Positions 18,333-26,405 of a DNA stretch of 64,000 nt are shown here, piece by piece (the stretch's first letter is position 1; each line of letters begins with the position of its first letter). Position numbers and translations under genes: made by a program. Below the pieces are notes generated by a model. It was not told the origin of the DNA. It did not search any database and worked only from the letters and a program-made list of their open reading frames with translations. The DNA comes from a virus: positions 1 through 64,000 of the IMG/VR virus record IMGVR_UViG_3300036766_000032. One strand, given 5' to 3'.

Positions 18333-19111
18333 AACTATATTCTGACCCAGAAGAAGCTATCAAAGCGACGACGACTCAGATTCAGAGGATGAACCACCTA
18401 ATTCACACGGAGAAGTGGCAGGGATTCGACATCTCGAAGAAACCGGAAGCTGAGATGCATGAGATTCTGGAGTGGGATTTCAAATTCCCCATGGTGGCCG
18501 AAGACCTCGGGTACTACCGGAAGCAGATCCAGCCGAACATCCCATGGGCCGACGACCACTTCGAGGAACGCGTCTCGGGGGAGCCGGTCAATCCCGGAGA
18601 GACGTGGAAGAACTGGCCTTGGGCTAACAAGGCGGATGAGTCCCGAATCTTCGACGGGAAGTTCAGTCACACGTACATGGAACGGTACTGGCCGAAAGTT
18701 ATGAACGGGGTTGGCGTAGAGGGGCACCGATTTCTATATGGAGACTTGGACGACGTCGTCGCGCTTCTGACTAACGAGCCCCTGACTCGTCAGGCTTACC
18801 TCCCAATCTTCTTCCCGGAAGACACGGGAGCGGTCCACGGTAATCGGATTCCATGCACACTAGGCTATTGGTGGATCCGACGAGGGAACCATCTCCACGT
18901 CCACTACCCGATCCGATCATGCGACTTTTACCGTCACTTCCGAGACGACATCTACCTTACGGTTCGTCTTACGATCTGGTTGCTCAAGGAACTTCGAGAG
19001 AAGTCTCCGGAGAAGTGGAACAACGTCAAACTCGGAACTTACTCTATGTGGATCGGAAGTCTTCACCTGTTCCGAAACGATTTCATAAAACTGTTTGGAG
19101 CGACCAAATGA
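18329..19111 (+). CDS. thymidylate synthase homologue, dCMP-modifying type
   Basis: TRQA, catalytic PC, RSCDFYRHFRDD, GSLHLF; GGAG RBS before ATG 18329. Confidence 0.85.
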   Translation: MKLYSDPEEAIKATTTQIQRMNHLIHTEKWQGFDISKKPEAEMHEILEWDFKFPMVAEDLGYYRKQIQPNIPWADDHFEERVSGEPVNPGETWKNWPWANKADESRIFDGKFSHTYMERYWPKVMNGVGVEGHRFLYGDLDDVVALLTNEPLTRQAYLPIFFPEDTGAVHGNRIPCTLGYWWIRRGNHLHVHYPIRSCDFYRHFRDDIYLTVRLTIWLLKELREKSPEKWNNVKLGTYSMWIGSLHLFRNDFIKLFGATK

Positions 19112-19680
19112 GACCGACAAGAGATTCTATTAACCTGAGCATCGCTCGGGTAGTAGCAACCCGGTCGACGTGCCTCAGGCGGTCGGTCGGTTGTGTTCTG
19201 ACAGATGTTAGTGGTCACATACTTTCGACGGGTTACAACGGGGTGGCGCGAGGAGTCCCCCACTGTAATGACTCTATGGTCGCCCGGTTCCATCACTTCA
19301 CCGAGTTCACCTTCGCAGTTGACGGGTTGCGCGCCTCAGGAGTAATCACCAAGGACGCCCAGGTGGAGCCCGCTCCAGAAGGGCCGTACATGGTGTCGTA
19401 TTACCCCGATGCGTGTCGAGGATCGAACTCTCCCAGCGGTACGAACTTAGATGGGTGTGGGGCGATCCACGCTGAGCAGAATGCTTTGCTACAGTGTCCG
19501 GACGTGTCGTTGATCCACACTTGTTATTGCACGACCGCGCCGTGCGTTACCTGCACGAAGCTTCTGATGAACACCGGTTGTCAACGGATCATCTTCATTG
19601 AGGACTATCCCCAGTCAGGAGCGTCGAAGGATCTTGCTGAAAGACGAGGTATATTATGGGAACAAGAACTAATGGTTTGA
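19108..19680 (+). CDS. dCMP deaminase
   Basis: RSTCLRRSVGC, TGYNG, HAEQNA, PCVTC. Confidence 0.9.
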   Translation: MRPTRDSINLSIARVVATRSTCLRRSVGCVLTDVSGHILSTGYNGVARGVPHCNDSMVARFHHFTEFTFAVDGLRASGVITKDAQVEPAPEGPYMVSYYPDACRGSNSPSGTNLDGCGAIHAEQNALLQCPDVSLIHTCYCTTAPCVTCTKLLMNTGCQRIIFIEDYPQSGASKDLAERRGILWEQELMV

Positions 19681-19991
19681 TAGAATCTCTCGGCCTTAAA
19701 CGAATCGGGATTCGAAACGTTAGCGGCTTCGTGGGAGTGTCGGTCGGCCGGGATCGAGTCACGGGAAGAATCAAACTGTGGGTGGCTAGTTGTTTGGACG
19801 GGAAAACCGGACGTCAGTTGAATGTAGCGTACTCGGTGTCAAAGAATGGATTCAAAGGGGCCTTTCGACTGGCCGTCACCAAGAGGTCCGAGTGGATCCT
19901 GGGGCGGAAGCTGACCCCCACTGAAGTCGCATCCATCCAACGAAGAGCCCCCGCTATCCCGGAAGGTGTCCCTCATGATCGAATTGATTAG
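19656..19991 (+). CDS. AP2-like DNA-binding domain protein
   Basis: NVSGFVGVS...WVAS...YSVSKNGFKGAFRLAVTKR pattern. Confidence 0.6.
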   Translation: MGTRTNGLIESLGLKRIGIRNVSGFVGVSVGRDRVTGRIKLWVASCLDGKTGRQLNVAYSVSKNGFKGAFRLAVTKRSEWILGRKLTPTEVASIQRRAPAIPEGVPHDRID

Positions 19992-20193
19992 GTTCCTGGT
20001 AGCTCTCAAACGGATCAAGAAGCGGATGGCCGAACACGCTGTGGACTTTGAAAAAATTCTTCTTCACCCTCTATTCGAAAGAGCCCTACATTTATACTTT
20101 CTTAAGGTTCTCTCCCTCGAACGATTGGTGGAGGACTCGGCCTACATAAATAAGAATTGTAACTTCATCTACTCTAGAGGATTACTCGCATGA
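19966..20193 (+). CDS. hypothetical protein
   Basis: fills the gap, ATGA-coupled to the DHH gene. Confidence 0.35.
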   Translation: MSLMIELIRFLVALKRIKKRMAEHAVDFEKILLHPLFERALHLYFLKVLSLERLVEDSAYINKNCNFIYSRGLLA

Positions 20194-21080
20194 ATACAGA
20201 ATCAAAGAAGGGACTGTGCATCTATCACGGAGGCGGATGCCTCGACGGTTTCACTTCGGCGTGGGTCGTCCATGAACAATTCGGGGAAGACCTTGAGTAT
20301 CACCCTGGAGTATACCAAGAAGCGCCGCCGGACGTGGCCGGACGGAATGTCCTCCTGGTCGACTTCTCGTACAAGAGAGACGTGATCCTAAAGATGTTAA
20401 TAAATGGGGCCAAGTCGATCATTATTCTGGATCACCACGAGTCGGCCGTAAGGGAGCTGCAACCTTTACTCGACGACGAAGTGATAGATGGGATTCTTGA
20501 CACGAAGAAGTCTGGGTGTCGCCTGACGTGGGAGTGGTTCAACGGTGCGTCGACATCCGTCCCAGAGATACTCTTACGCGTCGAGGACCGCGACCTATTC
20601 CGGTTCCAGTACGAGGACACGAACGAGGTGGTGGCCGCGCTAGCGTCATACCCGCAAGACTTCGAGACGTGGAGTGTGCTTATGAAGGATCCGACTCCAG
20701 AGATGGACTTGTCGGACGAAGGTCGCCACATACTGCGTAAGCATCACAAGGAGGTCCACGACGCAGTCAATGACCCGTCGCGAAGACTGACTCTGACCAT
20801 TGGCGAATATACCGTCCCCGCTATCAACGCTCCTCATACGCAAGCGTCTGACATCGGTCACGAACTGGCGAAGGGGGCACCGTTCGGCGTGGTGTTTCAC
20901 TTAACTGCTGACGGCGGTGTTAGCTTCAGTCTGCGCTCTGAAAAGGGCAGCGGCACCGACGTCTCTCTCATAGCCGAGCAGTTTGGTGGAGGAGGGCACC
21001 GTAACGCGGCTGGGTTTAAGAGTAGTCTAGACGTTCTCTGCGGATTTATGGGCCATGGTCTTATGGGATGCGGACTATGA
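20190..21080 (+). CDS. DHH/DHHA1 phosphoesterase
   Basis: CLDGFTSA, VDFS, LDHH, EDRDLF, SLRS, GGGGHRNAAGF. Confidence 0.9.
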   Translation: MNTESKKGLCIYHGGGCLDGFTSAWVVHEQFGEDLEYHPGVYQEAPPDVAGRNVLLVDFSYKRDVILKMLINGAKSIIILDHHESAVRELQPLLDDEVIDGILDTKKSGCRLTWEWFNGASTSVPEILLRVEDRDLFRFQYEDTNEVVAALASYPQDFETWSVLMKDPTPEMDLSDEGRHILRKHHKEVHDAVNDPSRRLTLTIGEYTVPAINAPHTQASDIGHELAKGAPFGVVFHLTADGGVSFSLRSEKGSGTDVSLIAEQFGGGGHRNAAGFKSSLDVLCGFMGHGLMGCGL

Positions 21081-21364
21081 ACGGAGAACTGGAACCCGGA
21101 GTCCCACATCCTTGCGCGCTCGACGCTGTTCGGTGGATCCACGAGAATCTCAGCGCGGTAGATCTGCTTCAATGGCGTGAAGCGTTCGCATCTTCAGCAC
21201 TGGCGGGGAGCGTAATCGGTGACGTGTGCGGAGAGACGCTGGACCGCTTTCTAGATAACAAGCCCGTCTCGGACAGGTATGTCCTTGGACTCGCATGGAT
21301 GCTTCGTGAATGCCACGTTCCTAACGCATCCGAGAAAGACCACAGCCAGGAGGAGTCGCAGTAA
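21077..21364 (+). CDS. hypothetical phage protein
   Basis: ATGA-coupled. Confidence 0.55.
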   Translation: MNGELEPGVPHPCALDAVRWIHENLSAVDLLQWREAFASSALAGSVIGDVCGETLDRFLDNKPVSDRYVLGLAWMLRECHVPNASEKDHSQEESQ

Positions 21365-21561
21365 TGCTTAAACATGTAGGATGTATCCTTGGGATTCATA
21401 AGTGGGTCCAGAGCCGTCCTCTAGTACAGGCCGACGCGTTCCCACCACCATTCGTGAAATACGACACACCGACGCGCAAGTGTGAGCACTGTAGTAAAGG
21501 ACAGAACTGGCTCCCAGGTTACGGAGGTAGCGAATTCGGATGCTGGATAGACAAAGTATGA
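21364..21561 (+). CDS. small Cys/His-rich protein
   Basis: CILGIHKW...CEHC; AGGAG RBS. Confidence 0.5.
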   Translation: MLKHVGCILGIHKWVQSRPLVQADAFPPPFVKYDTPTRKCEHCSKGQNWLPGYGGSEFGCWIDKV

Positions 21562-22442
21562 GGCCGATGCTTGCAGCCAAACTGGACGACATGCCCGCGC
21601 GCTATCCTCTCCTCGCATCCCCGAAGTTGGACGGAGTGCGTGCCTTGATCATCAACGGGGAAGTGCTGAGCCGTTCACTGAAGCCGATACCGAACCAGCA
21701 CGTCCAGGAACTGTTCGGGCGTCAGGCACTAGAGGGATTCGACGGCGAGTTGATCGTCGGCTCTCCGGTAGCGTCGGACGCATACCGCGCCACGATGAGC
21801 GGAGTCATGAGCCAGAGCGGCGAGCCGGACGTGACGTTCCACGTGTTCGACAACTACACGTTAGCGTACGAAACCTTCGATGTCCGGTTGGCTTCCGTGG
21901 TCCGCGCGATCATTAAACTGCGAAACGGAAACAGGCGCATTCACAGCGTCCCCCACATTCTGGTGTCGCACGACGAGGATCTATTACGGTACGAGACGTG
22001 CATGCTATCAGAGGGTTATGAAGGGGTCATGCTCCGTCACCCGGACGGGGTCTACAAGCATGGGCGAGCTACCTTGCGCGAAGGGTCGCTAATGAAGTTG
22101 AAACGTTTCGAAGACTCCGAGGCCGTGGTACTGGGATGCGACGAGCTGATGCACAACGCCAACGAGGCGACGCGCGACGAATTGGGGCGTACGAAGCGAT
22201 CGAGTCACAAAGCGGGTAAGGTAGGGCGTGGCACTCTCGGAGCGCTCCACGTGCGGGATGTCAAGTCTGGCGTTGAGTTTGACATCGGCACGGGATTCGA
22301 CGACGCGACGCGCAAGGCGCTGTGGGGTGTTCGCACTACCTTGCCGGGGAAACTCGTCAAGTACAAGTATTTCCCCAGCGGTTCGAAGGACAAACCCAGA
22401 TTTCCCGTGTTCTTAGGTTTCCGAGACCTTACCGATCTGTAA
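21558..22442 (+). CDS. minimal ATP-dependent DNA ligase
   Basis: PMLA, motif I KLDGVR, FDGEL, HVFD, EGVMLR, MKLK, OB domain IGTGF and PRFPVFLGFRD. Confidence 0.92.
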   Translation: MRPMLAAKLDDMPARYPLLASPKLDGVRALIINGEVLSRSLKPIPNQHVQELFGRQALEGFDGELIVGSPVASDAYRATMSGVMSQSGEPDVTFHVFDNYTLAYETFDVRLASVVRAIIKLRNGNRRIHSVPHILVSHDEDLLRYETCMLSEGYEGVMLRHPDGVYKHGRATLREGSLMKLKRFEDSEAVVLGCDELMHNANEATRDELGRTKRSSHKAGKVGRGTLGALHVRDVKSGVEFDIGTGFDDATRKALWGVRTTLPGKLVKYKYFPSGSKDKPRFPVFLGFRDLTDL

Positions 22443-22533
22443 GTTGTTGATTGTAGGTATATTAAAACGCTTTACTTAGAGGGCTTCATCTGGTGTATGA
22501 TTAATCATACCCACTGGAGAGAAAGCCATGAAA
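22440..22533 (+). repeat. 94-bp direct repeat copy 1 (promoter + RBS + ATG cassette)
   Basis: 3 mismatches vs 25180-25273; TTTACT, TG-TATGAT, perfect palindrome GTATGATTAATCATAC (22495-22510), GGAGAGAAAGCCATGAAA. Confidence 0.9.
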
Positions 22534-22806
22534 GCCCTAGTCCAAGCCACTGAGACCTTCCTAGATGGTTCCAACGATAAGACAAGTCGTGAAGCTATTT
22601 CCCTCTATACACTGACTAGCAAGAAGTTCTTCCCCTGGACTAACGGAGTCCCTTCTGATCCCAACGAAGTCCTGTCGATAATGGGCATCCCGAAGAGTCT
22701 GGTCTCCGACGTTCACTACTTAATCAGCGGTAATGGCCGCGTCCTTGTTGCTACCTACAACAACGAAACCCAGCTAGTGGTCAACGTCACCCCGATAGAG
22801 GAGTAG
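22528..22806 (+). CDS. early hypothetical protein
   Basis: starts within the promoter/RBS repeat. Confidence 0.65.
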   Translation: MKALVQATETFLDGSNDKTSREAISLYTLTSKKFFPWTNGVPSDPNEVLSIMGIPKSLVSDVHYLISGNGRVLVATYNNETQLVVNVTPIEE

Positions 22807-22811
22807 CCATC

Positions 22812-23069
22812 ATGGGAATTTACAAGTACGAAGTAATCGAGTCCCGCCGCTACGTACGCGATGACGGCGCAAAGGCTTCCATCTACGGTGCCTGTCCGTG
22901 GCAGAGCGCGGCTGAAGAAGCTCGCTGGAAGATTGAGACCGTAGGATACACGGTGCGCAATCCGTACACCGGACAAGTCGGTATCGGCCGTGCCCCCTGG
23001 AAGACTAGCGAAGAGGCGCAAGCCTTCGCCAACCAATTCCCCGCAAATCGCACTCCTATAGGAGACTAA
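22812..23069 (+). CDS. early hypothetical protein
   Basis: GAGGAG RBS. Confidence 0.65.
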   Translation: MGIYKYEVIESRRYVRDDGAKASIYGACPWQSAAEEARWKIETVGYTVRNPYTGQVGIGRAPWKTSEEAQAFANQFPANRTPIGD

Positions 23070-23070
23070 C

Positions 23071-23373
23071 ATGCCCCCAAGATCGTTCGACGACGCAATC
23101 TGCAACGCGATAGACCGAGTTCCTATCCCACCCCCGGACCACATCAAGACGCTAGGTTTCGTGTTCCAGCTCATCCAAAACTCGGAAGACTGGATGCTTT
23201 CGATCGACACGACTATACCCAAGACCATGACCGCAATAGTGCGCGAGTCCATCATGTACTACGTCGGGGTGGAGCCGACATTCACCGAGGTCAGCGCGAA
23301 AGCAGTACGCGTGACGTCCATCGGGCGTCGTGCTCAAATGTGTGAACAGTTCGTAGCGAGCATCCTCCCATGA
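23071..23373 (+). CDS. early hypothetical protein
   Basis: AGGAG RBS. Confidence 0.6.
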   Translation: MPPRSFDDAICNAIDRVPIPPPDHIKTLGFVFQLIQNSEDWMLSIDTTIPKTMTAIVRESIMYYVGVEPTFTEVSAKAVRVTSIGRRAQMCEQFVASILP

Positions 23374-23840
23374 CGATTAAGTTCGAACTCGGTGAACGTG
23401 TCGGCATACAACCTGCCCGCACATACGCAAACGCCGAGCTCTGGTCAACTGGGACAATAACGAGAGTCACGAAGACCTTGGTCGAAGTGACTACGGACAG
23501 CGGGTCGAAGAAACGCTTCCGCATCTCGGACTGGCGCGACGCCGATTCTTCATCCGAGTGGAATCGAGCCTTCCTTTGCATCGAAGCGCATGCTCTGGAA
23601 CACAATGTCTCGGCCAGGAAGAAGCAAGAGACTCAGCGCGCTCGCACTGAGTTAACCAAGACAATCGCGGAAGCTTCCCCTGACCACGTGCTCAGGCTCC
23701 GTGCGCTGGTGGCTGCGTTCATGGTCGATGAAGCTGAGCGTGTTAGAATTCAAGGACTCGTCGATGCGAAGTTACAGGGTGGGGGAACGACTTGCGAGGA
23801 AGCGCGCTCTGCCTCTACGGACAGCTACCTGGATAAGTGA
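23370..23840 (+). CDS. early hypothetical protein (N-terminal SH3/KOW-like beta pattern)
   Basis: ATGA-coupled; FELGERVGI...GTITRVTKTLVEV. Confidence 0.55.
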   Translation: MTIKFELGERVGIQPARTYANAELWSTGTITRVTKTLVEVTTDSGSKKRFRISDWRDADSSSEWNRAFLCIEAHALEHNVSARKKQETQRARTELTKTIAEASPDHVLRLRALVAAFMVDEAERVRIQGLVDAKLQGGGTTCEEARSASTDSYLDK

Positions 23841-23864
23841 TTGTCCTGCAATTAGATTTAGATG

Positions 23865-23902
23865 TTTACTTTCCTATCTAACCTGGGTGATTATTAATCA
23901 TC
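23865..23902 (+). promoter_or_regulatory. probable promoter with palindrome
   Basis: TTTACT at 23865; TGATTATTAATCA inverted repeat at 23888-23900; AT-rich; CCAGGAGAGAAG RBS downstream. Confidence 0.45.
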
Positions 23903-23929
23903 AGCTAGAAACAACCAGGAGAGAAGACC

Positions 23930-24058
23930 ATGCGCAAGACCCGACTCACCGACCGCCGCTACATCAAGACCCTGATCAAGATGTACCTGCGAATCAAATA
24001 CGCCGAATTGATGCTGGCGCTAGACGCCGCACCCACTTCACTGAAGTTCGCCGCTTAG
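23930..24058 (+). CDS. small basic protein (42 aa, not in ORF track)
   Basis: AGGAGAGAAGACC-ATG; MRKTRLTDRRYIKTLIKMYLRIKY... Confidence 0.55.
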   Translation: MRKTRLTDRRYIKTLIKMYLRIKYAELMLALDAAPTSLKFAA

Positions 24059-24069
24059 GAGAATGCAAA

Positions 24070-24318
24070 GTGTCTAACTACGAAACGTTCCTGTCTGTCT
24101 ATGGAAATCACTTGAAGTACTACATTCAGAAATATCCAAACTCGTATTCATACCAAATAGAAGAAGTTCCATCAGTGGCGTTGAAAATGGTAGCCGCGCT
24201 GAAGAAAGGCTCTGCGAGCATCGTATCCCCGGCTATTCGGCAGACGTGCAAAGACTTAGACATCCGATGCAGCGTCTCAAGTATAGTGAGTTATTTAAGC
24301 GAGGAGAGAAAGCCATGA
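24070..24318 (+). CDS. early hypothetical protein
   Basis: AGGAG RBS before GTG 24070; 3' part of track ORF 23701-24318. Confidence 0.55.
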   Translation: MSNYETFLSVYGNHLKYYIQKYPNSYSYQIEEVPSVALKMVAALKKGSASIVSPAIRQTCKDLDIRCSVSSIVSYLSEERKP

Positions 24319-24965
24319 AAACATTAATCGCCGGAGTCGTTCTGCTTGTCAGTGCTGTACAGGTCCAGGCTTCATGCAAAGAATTCCTGGAAGAGGTCAA
24401 GCCTTATCAGATCAACTATGCAGTGGCCACTACGATTTTCCAACAACAAGCAGCCTTGACGGGTATGCTCCTGGTCCAGAATCAGCACTCCGGGGAAGCT
24501 TGTAAATTCGATCCCAGTGCCTACGCTGGACAGGTCGCCAAGGAGCGCGCTCGGGTTCGAAGGAACGAGGAGGAAGCTGCGCGTAGGGAGGAGGAAGAAA
24601 AGATCAAAGCCGACGTTCAATCAATAATAATGGAACACAAGAAGGCGACAAAGGAATACAACCTCTGCGTCAAGACACAGACGGGGGACGTCCTGTCATG
24701 GTGTACCGAGATAATGACCAAAGGCTCTTCGATAGAATATCTGAAGAGTCAGTCTCTGGCAAGGAAGCAACGATCCGAACAGGCTGAGACAGTCAGGATT
24801 GCCGCCGCCCGTCAGGTTGAGTCTGAGATTAAACGACGCCAAGAATTCGATCTTTGCTTGACGTCCACCAACTTCGAACTGATCAACCGCTGCCGCGAGT
24901 TACTGAGAAATAAGGAGCTCACTCTGGAGACCCTGAAAGCCAACGTCGAAGGGAGCCTCCGATGA
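24315..24965 (+). CDS. exported/periplasmic helical protein
   Basis: GGAGAGAAAGCC-ATG; signal peptide MKTLIAGVVLLVSAVQVQA; paired Cys. Confidence 0.65.
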   Translation: MKTLIAGVVLLVSAVQVQASCKEFLEEVKPYQINYAVATTIFQQQAALTGMLLVQNQHSGEACKFDPSAYAGQVAKERARVRRNEEEAARREEEEKIKADVQSIIMEHKKATKEYNLCVKTQTGDVLSWCTEIMTKGSSIEYLKSQSLARKQRSEQAETVRIAAARQVESEIKRRQEFDLCLTSTNFELINRCRELLRNKELTLETLKANVEGSLR

Positions 24966-25174
24966 GTTCCTACAGTTACTGTGTGACCTGCGAAGTCCCG
25001 ATACACCCTGCTACCCTGTGGGAGATTATCGACGGAAAACAAGAGTGTGTTTCTGGGCATGTCAATCCACCGAACAGAACTAAGGACGAATTCTTACTGG
25101 ATTTGGCAGAGCGCGTACAAGTGCTTGAGATGCTGGGTCGGCAGCGTAGCGACAAATTGAAGAGTAATCTATGA
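24962..25174 (+). CDS. small Zn-finger-like protein
   Basis: CVTC...CVSGH; ATGA-coupled. Confidence 0.55.
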   Translation: MSSYSYCVTCEVPIHPATLWEIIDGKQECVSGHVNPPNRTKDEFLLDLAERVQVLEMLGRQRSDKLKSNL

Positions 25175-25179
25175 AGTAC

Positions 25180-25273
25180 TAAGTTGTTGATTGTAGGTAT
25201 ATTAAAACGCTTTACTTAGGGGACTTCATCGGGTGTATGATTAATCATACCCACTGGAGAGAAAGCCATGAAA
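25180..25273 (+). repeat. 94-bp direct repeat copy 2 (promoter + RBS + ATG cassette)
   Basis: near-identical to 22440-22533; palindrome at 25235-25250. Confidence 0.9.
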
Positions 25274-25534
25274 AACAAAGACCGAGTTGTCGAAGTCGCT
25301 GCCAAAGCTTTCAAAGTCTCGGGCCAATATAAATCTGTCCTCGAAGCCGCCCGTGCCATTGCGCAGTATCGGTCAGAATCTGAAGCCGCTTATAAAGTCT
25401 ATCTGGAGTCTGAAGGTCAGGTGTCTCAGGAGGCTTACAAGGACGCAGCTCTCGCAGTACAGAGAACGAATGTAGCCTACAAGGCTTATAAAGCATTCCT
25501 GGTCGCTGAACTTTCCGCAGCTCGCGCAAGCTAG
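25268..25534 (+). CDS. early hypothetical protein
   Basis: starts within the repeat; last + strand gene, stop overlaps the convergent lysis gene. Confidence 0.65.
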   Translation: MKNKDRVVEVAAKAFKVSGQYKSVLEAARAIAQYRSESEAAYKVYLESEGQVSQEAYKDAALAVQRTNVAYKAYKAFLVAELSAARAS

Positions 25535-25893
25535 GTCTGCTTGGCAGGGGCGTAGTACCTGCGCAGCGCCGCCTTGTCCGCGTTGCAGCGCTCTAGCGTC
25601 TTCAGCAACGCCTTTGCTTTGGTCCGGCGCGGCAGTGGGCAGTCCTCCAGCAAGTAAGCGGGTGGTGGAGGTGCGCTACGCGTCAAGGCGTCCAGCGCGG
25701 ATCGCAGAGCGACGTCACCCCCCTGTAGCCGCGTGTCTCCGTCGCTCACTTGCGACGCCATGAAGCCCGTCGAACCGGTCAGCGCTGCGATGAGCGCGGT
25801 CACAGCCAGCACCGCCGTCTTCGTTCCCATCAGTTGCACGATGCCGTCCACTACGACTACAACACGGTTCTTTGGTTCTGCGGTCATGTTCAT
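25531..25893 (-). CDS. spanin-like lysis protein (Rz1-like C-terminus)
   Basis: hydrophobic N-terminal segment; PPAYLLEDCPLP...CNADKAALRRY; downstream of endolysin; GGAGG RBS. Confidence 0.55.
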   Translation of the reverse strand: MNMTAEPKNRVVVVVDGIVQLMGTKTAVLAVTALIAALTGSTGFMASQVSDGDTRLQGGDVALRSALDALTRSAPPPPAYLLEDCPLPRRTKAKALLKTLERCNADKAALRRYYAPAKQT

Positions 25894-25904
25894 GCACTAC
25901 CTCC

Positions 25905-26390
25905 TCACGTTTGCACTGTTACCGGCGCTGCGATCAGGCTGAGCAACTCAATGAACCGCCTTCTTGCTTCCGGTCCGGAGTTCGGGTACACGTACGCTCC
26001 GTCCTTGTCCCGCGCCCAGAGCGTCTTGCGTCCGTTCAATAGCGGCCTCAGGTCCAGGTGCAGCATCGGCCCCGGATGCGTGAACGGGTATAGTCCGATC
26101 CCGCCCCACCACTCCTCCATCTCCACAGCGAGCAGCCACGCCTCACTGACGTCCCCCTTGGGGAATACATCGACTGCGTCGGATAGACGTCCCACGGCGT
26201 AGTGGCGTGACGTTGGCGCCCCGTCTAGGCGTGCGAGCGCGCCCTTGGCCGGTGACGGGGTCAGTGGGTGCTTATAGATCTCGCGGAAGTTGTCGAGTAG
26301 CAGAATCAACGCCGGGTCCGCATACGTGTCCGGGTCTTCTGGGAACTCTGACGGTTTGAAGTACTTGATCTCGGTCCAGTCTATCGGCAC
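25905..26390 (-). CDS. endolysin, peptidase M15 family
   Basis: KYFKPSEF, SRH...AVD, GGIGLY, LHLDLR Zn-peptidase motifs. Confidence 0.85.
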   Translation of the reverse strand: MPIDWTEIKYFKPSEFPEDPDTYADPALILLLDNFREIYKHPLTPSPAKGALARLDGAPTSRHYAVGRLSDAVDVFPKGDVSEAWLLAVEMEEWWGGIGLYPFTHPGPMLHLDLRPLLNGRKTLWARDKDGAYVYPNSGPEARRRFIELLSLIAAPVTVQT

Positions 26391-26405
26391 GTGGGCATCC
26401 TCCTG

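Noticed and set aside
23701-24069. N-terminal part of the 205-aa track ORF
   Set aside because: It crosses a promoter and a better 42-aa ORF; a start at GTG 24070 has an RBS.
22440-25273. Direct repeats as att sites or terminal repeats
   Set aside because: They are internal, consist of promoter, RBS and ATG, and no integrase is visible.
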